Origin: Chthoniobacterales bacterium
Lineage (GTDB): Bacteria; Verrucomicrobiota; Verrucomicrobiia; Chthoniobacterales; JACTMZ01
DNA length: 53,367 nt
Assembly (NCBI GenBank): GCA_049315725.1
Contig: JBMOJP010000004.1
Location: forward strand, 1-53,367
Direction of reading: 5' to 3'
Position 1 is the stretch's first letter, and the number at the start of each line of letters is the position of its first letter. The notes beneath the pieces are model-generated. The model did not search any database. It had not been told where the DNA came from and was given only the letters and a program-made list of their open reading frames with translations. The position numbers and the translations under genes were made by a program. Below, in pieces: positions 43,404-53,367 of the stretch.

Positions 43404-44089
43404 GTAGCCGGCACCGTCAGGAACCCGTCGCTCATGGCCAGCACGTGGTCCGCGGTTTGCGCGGCCGGACCGTCGGGCCGTGCGCTCCAGACGACGGTCA
43501 GCCCCAATTCTCCCATCGCCCGGCGGGCCAGCGGGACGAGGATTTCCTCGGCCGCCGGCGACTCGGCCAGCAGCGCGCGCGGCCGGTGAATGATGGCCCG
43601 GGCAAAGCAAACCAAGGCCTGCTTTTCCGGGGGAAGAGCCGAGACGGGGCTTTCGGCCTCGTCTTCCAGCCCGCAGAATTCCAGGGCGAAAATCGTCTGC
43701 CCCGTCTGCTCGGATTGAGTCTGTGCGCCCGATTTGAGCAGCGGGAAGGCAATGTTTTCGAGGACGCTCAGCGAAGGGAGCAGGGCGTTGGCCGGAAAGA
43801 GAAAACCGAAGGTCCGCTGCCGCAGGGTGTCACGGGCGGATTGATCGAGTTGTGTGGCGTTGACGTCCTCACACCACACCTCGCCACTGTCCGGTTGCTC
43901 AAGCAGGCCGAGGAGGTGCAGCAGAAGGTTGTTGCCGCAGTCGGCCGGTCCGCAGATTGCATGGAAGAGGCCGGCGGAGAAGTCTGCGTTGACCTGGCGC
44001 ACCTGCGAGGCGCCGGCGCGCCAGAGGGGGCGGCGGCAATGCAGGTCGCGGCAGCGGAGCAGGGGAGGATTCATTCGCCGAAGACGCAT
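43400..44089 (-). CDS. LolD-like ABC ATPase homologue with all nucleotide-binding motifs degenerate
   Basis: Collinear with LolD, but Walker A is GPADCGNN, the Q-loop Q is replaced by P, the signature is LPPEKQA, Walker B is LLAESP, and the H-loop is WSAR. The stop overlaps the start of the synthase gene (ATGA). An alternative start is at 44074. Confidence 0.6.
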   Translation of the reverse strand: MRLRRMNPPLLRCRDLHCRRPLWRAGASQVRQVNADFSAGLFHAICGPADCGNNLLLHLLGLLEQPDSGEVWCEDVNATQLDQSARDTLRQRTFGFLFPANALLPSLSVLENIAFPLLKSGAQTQSEQTGQTIFALEFCGLEDEAESPVSALPPEKQALVCFARAIIHRPRALLAESPAAEEILVPLARRAMGELGLTVVWSARPDGPAAQTADHVLAMSDGFLTVPAT

Positions 44090-44163
44090 TGTGCGCGTCT
44101 CGCCGCCGAAATGCAGGAAGAATCTATTGCGTGGAACCCGGCGCGGCGGCACCCTCAACCTTC

Positions 44164-44733
44164 ATGACCTTGGCCAACCAGATTACTATCATCCGGATTC
44201 TTCTCATTCCGGTCTTCGTGGTTTTCTCCGTCTATTACTCGGTCAGCGTGCGCGCGGGTGCGCCGGAGCCATGGCTGCACTGGTGTGCGGTGGGCACCTT
44301 TGTGGTGGCCGCCGTCAGCGACGGGCTCGATGGCTGGATCGCGCGGCGCTTCAACCAGCGCAGCGCGCTGGGCGTGGTGCTTGATCCCATCGCCGACAAG
44401 GGGCTCCTTCTCACGGCCATCATCACGTTGAGCCTCTATCCCTGGGCCGTGGGCCTGCCGCTTTGGTTTCCCATCCTTGTCGTCGCCCGGGACGTGGTCA
44501 TTCTTGTCGGCTGCGGGTTGCTCAAGTTTTTCACCGGGGATGTCGAGATTCGGCCGAGTCTGCTCGGCAAGACCGCGACGGCCCTGCAGATGGCCGCGGT
44601 GGGCTGGGTGCTGCTCCAGATTCCCGAAGAGCGCTGGGTCGTGTGGGGGGCCGGATTTTTCACCCTGGTGAGCGGAATCGGTTACGTCTGGCGCGGAACG
44701 AATTCACTCGGTGGGGCGGAGCGCGCGACATGA
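44164..44733 (+). CDS. pgsA: CDP-alcohol phosphatidyltransferase (PgsA-like)
   Basis: DGLDGWIARRFNQRSALGVVLDPIADK motif (DGx2ARx8Gx3Dx3D). Confidence 0.8.
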   Translation: MTLANQITIIRILLIPVFVVFSVYYSVSVRAGAPEPWLHWCAVGTFVVAAVSDGLDGWIARRFNQRSALGVVLDPIADKGLLLTAIITLSLYPWAVGLPLWFPILVVARDVVILVGCGLLKFFTGDVEIRPSLLGKTATALQMAAVGWVLLQIPEERWVVWGAGFFTLVSGIGYVWRGTNSLGGAERAT

Positions 44734-46187
44734 AGAAGGCCGTTCTCGTCGGGCGTCCCAATGTGGGAAAGTCCGCGCTCTTCAACCGTCTGGCCGGGCG
44801 GCGCATTTCCATTGTCCACGACCAACCCGGCGTGACCCGCGACCGCATCGAGGCGGTGTGCAATTTGGGGCGGGCGCCTTTCAGCATCGTGGACACCGGC
44901 GGTATCGGCGCGTCGCCCGATCCGGACTTTGCCGAGGCCACGCATCGCGCGGCCGATGAGGCGATCGAGGGGGCGGACGTGGTGCTTTTTGTTCTCGATG
45001 GCCAGGACGGCTTGCTGCCGCTCGATGCCGAGTTGGCGGCCAAGCTGCGCCGCGCCTCGCGTCCGGTCGTCCTCGTGGTCAACAAACTCGACCATCCCAA
45101 GCACGACGACCGCGAAAGCGAGTTCGCCAAGCTGGGCTTTGCCCGCGTTGTCGGGGTCAGTGCGGTGCATGGCCGCGGCATGAACGATCTCCTCGACGCG
45201 GTGCAGGAGGCCTTCGGTGCCACCGCGCCCGAGGCCGAGTTGCCCGAGCAGGTCATCCCGCCCCGTCTGGTCATCATTGGCCGTCCGAACGTCGGCAAAT
45301 CATCGCTGACCAATGCCCTCCTCGGCCGCGCGCGGGCCATCGTCAGCACTATTGCCGGCACGACCCGCGACTCGCTGGAAATTCCGTGCGAACTCGGCGG
45401 GAGCGCCTACTTGTTACTCGACACCGCGGGCATTCGGCACCGCTCGCGGCACAACACCTCGGTCGAGGTCTTCAGCGTCATGCGGTCGGAGGAAGCCATC
45501 CGCATGGCCGATGTTTGCGTCCTCGTCATCGACGCCTCGGCGGGGGTGACCGCGCAGGACAAGCGGATTGCCGGGCTCATCCAACAGGCCCGCAAGGCGG
45601 TCATCGTGGTGGTCAACAAGGCGGATCTGCTTCCGCCGGAAGCGCAGACCCGCGAGGGCCTCAAGGAGGCTCTGGCCGCCTGGCAGGCCGAGCTATTTTT
45701 CCTGCCCCACGCGCCCATGGTCCTGCTCTCGGCCAAGACCGGCGAGAACCTGCGGCGCCTCGGCACGGTCCTGGAAAAAGTTCGCCAACACGCCACCCGT
45801 CGTTTGGGCACGGGCGAACTGAACCGCGTGATCCGCGACGCCATGATCCTGCACCCCGCGCCGGCCCGGGGCGTGCGGCGGCTGAAAGTTTTCTACGCCA
45901 CGCAACTCGAGGAGACGAATCCGCGTCCGTTCGCGCCGGTCAAGTTCCTCCTCTTTGTCAATTCGCCCGGCCTGCTCACCCCGACCTACGAGACCTATCT
46001 CGCTGCCCAACTGCGCCGCATCCGCGAGTATCCGGGCCTCCCGCTCGTGCTCGAATTGCGCGCCCGGCCCGAATCCGAAAAACGCACCCGTTCCCGCGCG
46101 AGCGGACGCCCAACCAAGTCGCCCGGCAAGTTTTCCGCCAAACGCGCGGCCAAGCGCCCCGCACCCAAAAAGCGTCACAAGGGTTAA
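44730..46187 (+). CDS. der: ribosome-associated GTPase Der/EngA with polybasic C-terminal tail
   Basis: Two G domains (GRPNVGKSALFN, GRPNVGKSSLTN), a KH-like domain, and the tail ...RTRSRASGRPTKSPGKFSAKRAAKRPAPKKRHKG. ATGA overlap with pgsA. Confidence 0.9.
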   Translation: MKKAVLVGRPNVGKSALFNRLAGRRISIVHDQPGVTRDRIEAVCNLGRAPFSIVDTGGIGASPDPDFAEATHRAADEAIEGADVVLFVLDGQDGLLPLDAELAAKLRRASRPVVLVVNKLDHPKHDDRESEFAKLGFARVVGVSAVHGRGMNDLLDAVQEAFGATAPEAELPEQVIPPRLVIIGRPNVGKSSLTNALLGRARAIVSTIAGTTRDSLEIPCELGGSAYLLLDTAGIRHRSRHNTSVEVFSVMRSEEAIRMADVCVLVIDASAGVTAQDKRIAGLIQQARKAVIVVVNKADLLPPEAQTREGLKEALAAWQAELFFLPHAPMVLLSAKTGENLRRLGTVLEKVRQHATRRLGTGELNRVIRDAMILHPAPARGVRRLKVFYATQLEETNPRPFAPVKFLLFVNSPGLLTPTYETYLAAQLRRIREYPGLPLVLELRARPESEKRTRSRASGRPTKSPGKFSAKRAAKRPAPKKRHKG

Positions 46188-46357
46188 TCTGGCGCGATCG
46201 TGCAGGGGAGGGGCGTCTAGCCGCCGCAAAATCCGTCGCAACCGCCAGCTTTGGCACGGACGTTGCTCTTTATGTGATCTGCGGGGCAATTTTTCTTTGC
46301 GCCCGCCGTTCCATTCCCTAATTTCGCACGTTCGCCGGACCCACACTGACCACGCCC

Positions 46358-49300
46358 ATGAAAATGCCCGAGCGCCAAGGCCTCTACGACCCGCAATTTG
46401 AACACGAATCGTGCGGGGTGGGCTTCGTCGTGCACCGCAAAGGGCGCAAATCCCACGAGATTGTCCAGCAGGGCCTGCAAATTCTGGTCAACCTCGAGCA
46501 CCGCGGAGCCTGCGGTTTCGAGGAGAACACCGGGGACGGCGCGGGCATCCTCATTCAGTTGCCGCACAAGTTCCTCGCCGCGGTGGCGGAGGAGGAGAAC
46601 ATCGAGCTTCCCGCCCCCGGGGAATACGGCGTGGCCATGGTCTTTCTTCCGCCGGACCAGCAGTTGCGCGAAAAAATCGCCCAGCGCTTCGAGCAGGTGG
46701 TCCGGGCCGAGGGCCAGAAATTTCTCGGCTGGCGCACCGTGCCGACCAACAACACCACCCTCGGCGAAACGGCCAAGTCGGAGGAACCCGAGGTGCGCAT
46801 GGCTTTCGTCGGGCGCCATCCGGCGATCAAGGACGAGCTGGCCTTCGAGCGGAAGCTCTACGTCATTCGCCATCGGCTCTTCAACGAGATCCGCTACGCC
46901 GGCGCGCCCGGCGGCAGCTTCTTTTATCTGCCGAGCTTCTCCTCCCGCACGCTCGTCTACAAGGGCATGCTGACCACGGCGCAGGTCGCGGAGTATTATC
47001 CCGATTTGTCCGACCCCCGGATGGAGAGTGCGCTGGCCCTCGTCCACTCGCGGTTCAGCACGAACACCTTCCCGAGCTGGGAGCGGGCGCATCCCTACCG
47101 CTACGTCGCGCACAACGGCGAAATCAACACCCTGCGCGGCAACGTCAACTGGATGAATGCCCGCGAGGCGCAGCTGGCCTCGGAGCTGTTTGGCGACGAC
47201 ATCGAGACGCTCAAGCCGGTCATTCACCAGGACGGCAGCGACTCGGCCATGTTCGACAACTGCTTCGAGTTCCTCGTTCTCTCCGGTCGTCCGCTGGCTC
47301 ACGCCGCGGTCATGATGATCCCCGAGCCTTGGGCCAAGCATGAATCGATGCCGGCCGATCGTCGGGATTTTTACGAATACCACTCTTGTCTGATGGAGCC
47401 GTGGGATGGTCCGGCCGCGGTGGCCTTCACCGACGGCACGCAGATCGGTGCCGTGCTCGATCGCAACGGCCTGCGCCCGTGCCGCTACTACGTGACCAAG
47501 GATGACCTCGTCATCATGGCCTCCGAGGTCGGTGTCCTCGACATCGCGCCCGAGCGCGTCGAGTCGAAGGGACGACTGCAACCCGGCCGCATCTTCCTTG
47601 TGGACACCAAGGAGGGTCGCATCATCGCCGACGAGGAAATCAAAGAAAGCCTGGCCAAGGCCGAGCCCTACGGGCAATGGCTCAAGGAAAACCTCGTCAA
47701 GCTGGAGGACCTGCCGGACGGCAACGAACCGGCGCATCCCGACCATGCGACGGTGACTACCCGGCAGTTCGCCTTCGGCTACACCCAAGAGGACCTCAAT
47801 CTCATCATCGCGCCGATGGCCCGCACCGCCGTCGAGCCGATCGGCTCGATGGGCAACGACTCGCCGCTGGCCACGCTCTCGGACAAGCCGCAGCTTCTCT
47901 ACAATTACTTCAAGCAACTGTTCGCCCAAGTGACCAACCCGCCGATCGACTCGATCCGCGAGGAAATCGTCACCTCGACCATCACCACGCTCGGCTCGGA
48001 GGGCAACCTGCTTGAGCCCACGCCGCAAAGCTGCCGCCAGATCCAGCTCGTTTCGCCGGTCATCACGAACGAGGAGCTGGAAAAATTGCGCGCCGTCAAC
48101 CAACCCGGCTTCAAATCCGCCACCCTGCCCATCCTCTACAACGTGAGCGGCGGCGGACCCGCGCTGGAGGAGGCGCTCAATGACCTCTTCGATGCGGCCG
48201 ACCGGCACATCGCGGACGGCGTGAACATCCTCATTCTCTCAGACCGCGGCCTCAACGAGCAGCGTGCACCCATTCCCGCCCTGCTGGCTGTCTCCGGGCT
48301 CCACCACCACCTCGTGGCCAACGGTCGCCGCACGCAGGTCGGTCTCGTCCTCGAGTCCGGCGAGCCCCGCGAAGTCCATCACTTCGCGCTCCTCACCGGC
48401 TACGGCGTCGGCGCGATCAACCCGTATCTCGTCTTCGAGTCGATCGAGGACATTATCCAACGCCAGAGCCTCACTGGCATCGACCCGCAGAAGGCGGTCA
48501 AGCAATACGTGAAGGCCGCAGTCAAGGGCATCGTCAAGACGATGTCCAAAATGGGCATTTCCACCATCCAAAGCTACCGCGGGGCGCAGATTTTCGAGGC
48601 GGTCGGACTGAACAGCGAGGTCGTCGACACGTATTTCAAATGGACGGCCTCGCGCATCGAGGGCATGGACCTCTCCGGCATCGCCCGCGAAGCAGCCATG
48701 CGCCATCAACGCGCCTGGCCCGGCCGCGACTACCGCGACGATGTGCTCGATGCGGGCGGCGTTTACAAGTGGAGGCACGACGGCGAGCACCACGCCTTCA
48801 ATCCGACGACTATTCACCTCCTGCAGCACGCCTGCCGCACGGGGAGCATGGATGTTTTCCGCCAATACACGGCCTCGGTCAACGACCAGTCGAAGAAGCT
48901 GGCCACCTTGCGCGGTCTCATCGACCTCGAGTTTGACGAGAATGGCGGTATTCCGATCGACGAAGTTCAGTCCGTCGAATCCATCATGAAGCGCTTCAAG
49001 ACCGGCGCGATGTCCTACGGCTCGATCAGTCTCGAAGCCCACGAAACACTCGCCGTCGCCATGAACCGCATCGGTGGCAAGAGCAACACAGGGGAGGGCG
49101 GGGAGGATCCCGGGCGCTACACCGTGATGCCCAACGGGGATTCGAAGAACAGCGCGATCAAGCAGGTCGCTTCCGGCCGTTTCGGCGTGACCAGCTACTA
49201 CCTCTCGCAGGCCAAGGAGCTGCAGATCAAAATCGTCCAGGGCGCCAAGCCGGGCGAAGGCGGACAGCTTCCCGGCACCAAGGTGTATCCGCCCATCGCC

Positions 49301-50950
49301 AAGGTGCGCCACTCCACCCCCGGCGTCGGCCTCATCTCGCCCCCGCCGCACCATGACATTTATTCGATCGAGGATCTGGCCGAGCTGATCCACGACCTGA
49401 AAAATTCCAACCGCCATGCACGCGTTTCGGTCAAACTGGTCAGCGAAGTCGGTGTCGGCACCGTGGCCGCCGGCGTGGCCAAGGCCCATGCCGATGTCGT
49501 GCTCATCAGCGGTTACGACGGAGGCACCGGAGCCTCGCCACTCTCCAGCGTGCAGCACGCCGGCATGCCGTGGGAACTCGGCCTGGCCGAGACTCATCAA
49601 ACGCTGCTGCTCAACAATCTGCGCAGCCGCATCGTTGTCGAGGTGGACGGACAACTCAAAACCGGCCGCGACGTGGTCATCGGCGCGATGCTGGGCGCGG
49701 AGGAGTTCGGCTTTGCCACCGCGCCGCTCGTGGTCATGGGTTGCATCATGATGCGCGCCTGCCACCTCAACACCTGCCCGGTTGGCGTGGCCACCCAGGA
49801 TCCGGAGCTGCGGAAAAAGTTCACCGGCAACGCGGACCACGTGGTCAACTTCATGCGCTTCATTGCGACCGAGGTGCGCGAACTGATGGCCAAGCTGGGA
49901 TTCCGCACGCTGGACGAAATGGTCGGACGCGTCGACCGCCTGGCCATGCGCAAGGCGGTGGACCATTGGAAGGCCGCGGGCCTCGACTATTCGCGCATCC
50001 TTTACACGCCCGAGGTCGGGGACGAGGTTGGCCGGTATTGCACGATGAAGCAGGATCACGGCATCGAAAAGTCCCTCGATATCACCACGCTGCTGAAACT
50101 CTGCCAGCCGGCCATCGAGCAGGGCAAGAAGGTCCAGGCCAGCCTGCCGATCAGGAACGTCAATCGCGTGACCGGCACCATTCTCGGCTACGAAATCTCC
50201 AAGGCCTACGGGCTCGAAGGATTGCCCGAGGATACCATCTCACTCGAATTCACCGGCTCGGCCGGACAAAGCTTCGGCGCCTTCGCCCCCCGCGGGCTGA
50301 CCCTCCGGCTCGAGGGCGATGCCAACGACTACGTGGGCAAGGGGCTGAGCGGTGGCAAAATCATTGTCTATCCTCCGGCCGCCGCCACCTTCGCCGCCGA
50401 GGAAAACATCATCATTGGCAATGTCGCCCTCTATGGCGCGACCGATGGCGAGGTTTACATCCGCGGCATGGCCGGCGAGCGCTTCTGCGTGCGCAACAGC
50501 GGCGCCCGCGCCGTGGTTGAGGCGGTGGGCGACCACGGTTGCGAATATATGACGGGCGGACGCGTGGTCGTGCTCGGCCCGACCGGACGCAACTTTGCCG
50601 CGGGTATGTCCGGCGGGATCGCCTATGTCCTCGACCCGGCGGGCAACTTCCACACCCGTTGCAATCTGGACATGGTGGACCTTGACCGGCTGGAAAATGC
50701 GGAGGAAATCGCGGAGGTCAAAGTCATGATCGAGCGGCATGCGGAATTGACCGGCAGCCAGCACGCCCGCGCGGTGCTTGAGGCTTGGGATCGTTCGGTG
50801 CGGGACTTTGTCAAAGTGCTGCCCAAGGACTACAAGCGTGTGCTCATGGCCATGGATCGCGTCATTGCCTCTGGGCTGAGCGGCGAGGAAGCGGTCATGG
50901 CCGCCTTCGAGGAAAACGCCCGCGACCTCGCCCGGGTGGGCGGAAACTAG
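46358..50950 (+). CDS. gltB: glutamate synthase large subunit
   Basis: The N-terminal amidotransferase Cys (HESCGVGF), the FMN/Fe-S central domains, and the GXGXG C-terminal domain are all recognisable. 1530 aa. Confidence 0.95.
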   Translation: MKMPERQGLYDPQFEHESCGVGFVVHRKGRKSHEIVQQGLQILVNLEHRGACGFEENTGDGAGILIQLPHKFLAAVAEEENIELPAPGEYGVAMVFLPPDQQLREKIAQRFEQVVRAEGQKFLGWRTVPTNNTTLGETAKSEEPEVRMAFVGRHPAIKDELAFERKLYVIRHRLFNEIRYAGAPGGSFFYLPSFSSRTLVYKGMLTTAQVAEYYPDLSDPRMESALALVHSRFSTNTFPSWERAHPYRYVAHNGEINTLRGNVNWMNAREAQLASELFGDDIETLKPVIHQDGSDSAMFDNCFEFLVLSGRPLAHAAVMMIPEPWAKHESMPADRRDFYEYHSCLMEPWDGPAAVAFTDGTQIGAVLDRNGLRPCRYYVTKDDLVIMASEVGVLDIAPERVESKGRLQPGRIFLVDTKEGRIIADEEIKESLAKAEPYGQWLKENLVKLEDLPDGNEPAHPDHATVTTRQFAFGYTQEDLNLIIAPMARTAVEPIGSMGNDSPLATLSDKPQLLYNYFKQLFAQVTNPPIDSIREEIVTSTITTLGSEGNLLEPTPQSCRQIQLVSPVITNEELEKLRAVNQPGFKSATLPILYNVSGGGPALEEALNDLFDAADRHIADGVNILILSDRGLNEQRAPIPALLAVSGLHHHLVANGRRTQVGLVLESGEPREVHHFALLTGYGVGAINPYLVFESIEDIIQRQSLTGIDPQKAVKQYVKAAVKGIVKTMSKMGISTIQSYRGAQIFEAVGLNSEVVDTYFKWTASRIEGMDLSGIAREAAMRHQRAWPGRDYRDDVLDAGGVYKWRHDGEHHAFNPTTIHLLQHACRTGSMDVFRQYTASVNDQSKKLATLRGLIDLEFDENGGIPIDEVQSVESIMKRFKTGAMSYGSISLEAHETLAVAMNRIGGKSNTGEGGEDPGRYTVMPNGDSKNSAIKQVASGRFGVTSYYLSQAKELQIKIVQGAKPGEGGQLPGTKVYPPIAKVRHSTPGVGLISPPPHHDIYSIEDLAELIHDLKNSNRHARVSVKLVSEVGVGTVAAGVAKAHADVVLISGYDGGTGASPLSSVQHAGMPWELGLAETHQTLLLNNLRSRIVVEVDGQLKTGRDVVIGAMLGAEEFGFATAPLVVMGCIMMRACHLNTCPVGVATQDPELRKKFTGNADHVVNFMRFIATEVRELMAKLGFRTLDEMVGRVDRLAMRKAVDHWKAAGLDYSRILYTPEVGDEVGRYCTMKQDHGIEKSLDITTLLKLCQPAIEQGKKVQASLPIRNVNRVTGTILGYEISKAYGLEGLPEDTISLEFTGSAGQSFGAFAPRGLTLRLEGDANDYVGKGLSGGKIIVYPPAAATFAAEENIIIGNVALYGATDGEVYIRGMAGERFCVRNSGARAVVEAVGDHGCEYMTGGRVVVLGPTGRNFAAGMSGGIAYVLDPAGNFHTRCNLDMVDLDRLENAEEIAEVKVMIERHAELTGSQHARAVLEAWDRSVRDFVKVLPKDYKRVLMAMDRVIASGLSGEEAVMAAFEENARDLARVGGN

Positions 50951-50958
50951 GAAATATC

Positions 50959-52443
50959 ATGGGAAAACCGACCGGATTCATGGAGTTCACCCGCGAGTTG
51001 CCGCGGGATCGTTCCCCGCAGGAGCGTATTCGCGACTGGGAGGAGTTTCACGACCACACACCCGAGGCCAAGCTGCGCGACCAGGGCGCCCGCTGCATGG
51101 ATTGCGGCACACCGTTCTGCCAGACCGGCATGATCATCAAGGGTGCGACCAGCGGGTGCCCGATCAACAATCTCATCCCCGAGTTCAATGATCTCGTTTA
51201 CCGCGGGCTCTGGCGTGAGGCGCTCGACCGGCTGCACAAGACGAACAATTTTCCCGAGTTCACCGGCCGCGTCTGCCCCGCCCCGTGCGAGGGGGGCTGC
51301 GTCCTCGGCATCATCGAACCGCCCGTCACGATCAAAAACATCGAGTTTTCCATCATCGAAAAAGGTTTCGCGGAGGGCTGGGTCATGCCGCAGCCGCCGA
51401 AGACCCGCTCAGGCAAGAAGGTTGCGGTCGTCGGCTCCGGCCCGGCCGGTCTGGCTTGCGCCGACCAGCTGAACAAGGCCGGACACCTCGTCACGGTCCT
51501 TGAGCGGGCCGACCGGATCGGCGGCCTCCTCACCTACGGCATCCCCAACATGAAGTTGGACAAGGAGGACATCGTGCGGCGCCGGGTGAATATTCTGGCG
51601 GCCGAAGGAATCGAGTTTGTTACCCATGCCGATGTGGGGCGCAGCTATCCGGCGGAAAAACTCCGCGAGGATTTCGATGCCGTCGTCCTCTGCTGCGGCG
51701 CCACCCAAGCCCGCGATCTTCCGGTCGAGGGCCGCGATCTCGCCGGAATTTTCCCCGCGATGCAATTTCTCACCACCAACACCAAATGCCTCCTCGATGG
51801 CAGCGCCGTTCCGGCCGACCTCAGCGCGAAAGGCCGCGATGTCGTGGTCATCGGCGGTGGGGACACGGGGACCGATTGTGTCGGCACTTCCATCCGGCAA
51901 GGCTGCCGCAGCGTCACCCAGTTGGAGATTTTGCCCAGGCCACCCGACAGCCGGGCGGCCGACAATCCCTGGCCCGAATGGCCGAAAATCTACCGCATGG
52001 ACTACGGCCAGGAGGAGGCCGCCGCCCTCTTTGGGGCCGACCCGCGCGTCTATTGCACCACCGCGAAAAAATTCACCGGCGACAAACAATGCCGGGTCAA
52101 CGAAATCCACACGGTCCAGATCGAGTGGGCTCTCGATGCCCAGGGGCGTTACTCGCCCAAGGATCTGCCCGGCACGGAGAAAGTCATCCCCGCGCAGCTC
52201 GTCCTCCTCGCCATGGGGTTCCTCGGACCGGAAAAACCGCTGGTCGAATCGCTCCAACTCGAGACCGACCCGCGTTCCAACGTGAAGGCCGATTACGGCA
52301 AGTTCGCCACCAGCGTGCCCGGCGTGTTTGCTGCGGGCGACATGCGCCGGGGCCAGAGCCTGGTCGTCTGGGCCATCAACGAGGGGCGCGCCGCGGCTCG
52401 CGAATGTGACCGCTACCTGATGGGTTTCACCAACCTGCCCTGA
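50959..52443 (+). CDS. gltD: glutamate synthase small subunit (NADPH)
   Basis: [10 protein letters not shown]..., [30 protein letters not shown] motifs. Confidence 0.9.
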   Translation: MGKPTGFMEFTRELPRDRSPQERIRDWEEFHDHTPEAKLRDQGARCMDCGTPFCQTGMIIKGATSGCPINNLIPEFNDLVYRGLWREALDRLHKTNNFPEFTGRVCPAPCEGGCVLGIIEPPVTIKNIEFSIIEKGFAEGWVMPQPPKTRSGKKVAVVGSGPAGLACADQLNKAGHLVTVLERADRIGGLLTYGIPNMKLDKEDIVRRRVNILAAEGIEFVTHADVGRSYPAEKLREDFDAVVLCCGATQARDLPVEGRDLAGIFPAMQFLTTNTKCLLDGSAVPADLSAKGRDVVVIGGGDTGTDCVGTSIRQGCRSVTQLEILPRPPDSRAADNPWPEWPKIYRMDYGQEEAAALFGADPRVYCTTAKKFTGDKQCRVNEIHTVQIEWALDAQGRYSPKDLPGTEKVIPAQLVLLAMGFLGPEKPLVESLQLETDPRSNVKADYGKFATSVPGVFAAGDMRRGQSLVVWAINEGRAAARECDRYLMGFTNLP

Positions 52444-52492
52444 CCGCCGAATCTGGCTTGCCTTCGCGGCCGGTTCGCGGGAATGCTCACCT

Positions 52493-52774
52493 ATGCGCTA
52501 CTCCCTCCTCGCCCTCCTCCTCGCGGTCGCGCCAGCCTTGGCTCAAGAAGTCGTCCCGGTCGTGCCGGTTACGACCGCGGCTCCGGCCAAGACCGCCGTG
52601 AAAATTCCCTGGGGCCTGACCATCGACCAATACCGCTTGGTTGACGCCTCGCGCCGTCCGGGTGGATCGACCTTCACCTACCAAAAAGCCCGCGGCCGCG
52701 GACCGTTCGGAAATCTTGTCGAGCACGTGCCCGGCGGTCCGCAGCGCTCGGTGGCCAGGAGAATGCAATGGTGA
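52493..52774 (+). CDS. small secreted hypothetical protein
   Basis: Signal peptide MRYSLLALLLAVAPALAQE. 93 aa. No family recognised. Confidence 0.4.
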   Translation: MRYSLLALLLAVAPALAQEVVPVVPVTTAAPAKTAVKIPWGLTIDQYRLVDASRRPGGSTFTYQKARGRGPFGNLVEHVPGGPQRSVARRMQW

Positions 52775-52848
52775 AGACGTTTCTGTTACGCGCCCTGGCG
52801 ATCCTTCTGCCCGCCCTGTTCGCCGGGTGTGCGATGATCGAGTTCTGA
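52768..52848 (+). CDS. 26-aa putative micro-lipoprotein, below ORF-track cutoff
   Basis: Hand translation gives MVKTFLLRALAILLPALFAGCAMIEF, with a lipobox (F-A-G-C). The ATG overlaps the stop of the preceding ORF (ATGGTGA). Confidence 0.3.
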   Translation: MVKTFLLRALAILLPALFAGCAMIEF

Positions 52849-52914
52849 CCTTGGTCTGCGGTGGTCCTCCTCCGCGCCTGTTAGAGCCGTTTCAGATTTT
52901 CTGTCGCCGGGAAC

Positions 52915-52972
52915 GTGGCATCGGCATCCTGCCGATGAACCCCTCCGATCATCGGCTGGAAGCCGATGCCGC
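52915..52972. repeat. 58-bp REP-like imperfect palindrome (copy 2, inverted relative to copy 1)
   Basis: GTGGCATCGGCATCCTGCCGATGAACCCCTCCGATCATCGGCTGGAAGCCGATGCCGC, 53/58 identical to the reverse complement of 11398..11455. Confidence 0.7.
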
Positions 52973-53216
52973 CTCGGAACACATCCCACCGACAAGGGTT
53001 GCGACTTTGTTTAACCCGCGCTGATCTTCGAGCATGTCCCCTCCACGACATGCCCTGTCCCCTTGAAGGACACGGTTGCCCGACGGGACCAACCCGAGGC
53101 CGACGGCCCCCGGTCCAACACTGGCCGCCGCAGGCGGAAAGTCCTACCCGCGGGGAGGCTAAGGGGTCAGGCATAAAATCTTGCGGTTGCGTTCTGGTTG
53201 GTAGTAGTTTTCAAGG

Positions 53217-53367
53217 ATGCCGAGACGGATTCGCATCGAATTTGCCGGGGCGATGTATCACGTCATGGCGCGTGGGAATTTGCTTTGATGTCCAACCATT
53301 ATCACCTTTTGCTCGAAACACCGGAGGCGGACCTGGCCGTTGGCATGGGCTGGCTGCAGGGGGAGAA
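53217..53367 (+). pseudogene. REP-associated / IS200-like Y1 (HUH) transposase gene, internally deleted and running off the window
   Basis: MPRRIRIEFAGAMYHVMARGNLL* (stop at 53286..53288), then ALMSNHYHLLLETPEADLAVGMGWLQGE in another frame (HUH = HYH). About 35-40 aa that normally separate these blocks are missing. Confidence 0.55.

Noticed and set aside
42710-44167. 485-aa plus-strand ORF
   Set aside because: It is antisense to the squalene/phytoene synthase and degenerate ABC genes. It is an extremely Arg/Gly/Pro-rich shadow ORF.
44463-44729. Long N-terminal extensions offered by the ORF track, for example der from 44463, the LolA-like gene from 35672, the C-domain gene from 31428, asd from 14719, argJ from 39123 and the squalene synthase gene to 43610
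   Set aside because: The extensions overlap upstream genes and have shadow-frame composition. Internal Met or GTG starts coincide with conserved family N-termini, signal peptides, or ATGA/TGATG coupling junctions.
1-53367. tRNA, rRNA, tmRNA or riboswitch genes in the intergenic gaps
   Set aside because: By eye I found no cloverleaf-compatible segments (no GTTCGAATC-like T-arm boxes) and no rRNA-like stretches. A proper tRNAscan/Infernal run would be needed to exclude small RNAs.

Overview
This is a GC-rich bacterial chromosomal segment, densely coding on both strands. The protein repertoire is reminiscent of Verrucomicrobiota or Planctomycetota, but I cannot confirm that without a database search. 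Most of the window is core metabolism and housekeeping: fabF, punA, guaB3-like, ychF, nif3-like, mpg, asd, argC-argJ-argB, pgsA, der, gltB-gltD, and an ExbB/ExbD/TonB-like set. Three regions stand out. (1) At about 15.85-20.2 kb there is an AT-richer island that reads as a decayed chromosomal integron. It has an IntI-like tyrosine recombinase gene whose catalytic core is replaced by a small GIY-YIG element bounded by inverted repeats. Divergently upstream is an attI-like junction and about five minus-strand cassettes separated by attC-like imperfect palindromes. The cassettes are a secreted protein, an ORF-less GC-rich unit, a retropepsin-like protease, a small membrane protein, and YefM-YoeB. 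(2) At 23.9-36.6 kb there is a translationally coupled lipid-type biosynthesis and export cluster. It encodes a 2560-aa fully reducing single-module type I PKS (KS-AT-DH-cMT-ER-KR-ACP, no TE), a stand-alone condensation (HHxxxDG) protein, a membrane desaturase/hydroxylase, a MacB/LolD-type ABC pair, and a LolA-like protein. (3) Two catalytically degenerate paralogues sit in suggestive operon contexts. One is an HtrA/DegP-like PDZ protein lacking all three triad residues, downstream of an ECF sigma/anti-sigma pair. The other is a LolD-like ABC ATPase with every nucleotide motif degenerated, translationally coupled to a squalene/phytoene synthase homologue. I also see a VapBC pair next to an IS1380-type transposase remnant, two inverted copies of a 58-bp REP-like palindrome, a truncated REP-associated (IS200-like Y1) transposase gene at the window end, and two small lipoprotein ORFs below the ORF-track cutoff. 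I found no rRNA, tRNA or CRISPR array. All functional calls come from motif recognition by eye, and no searches were run.
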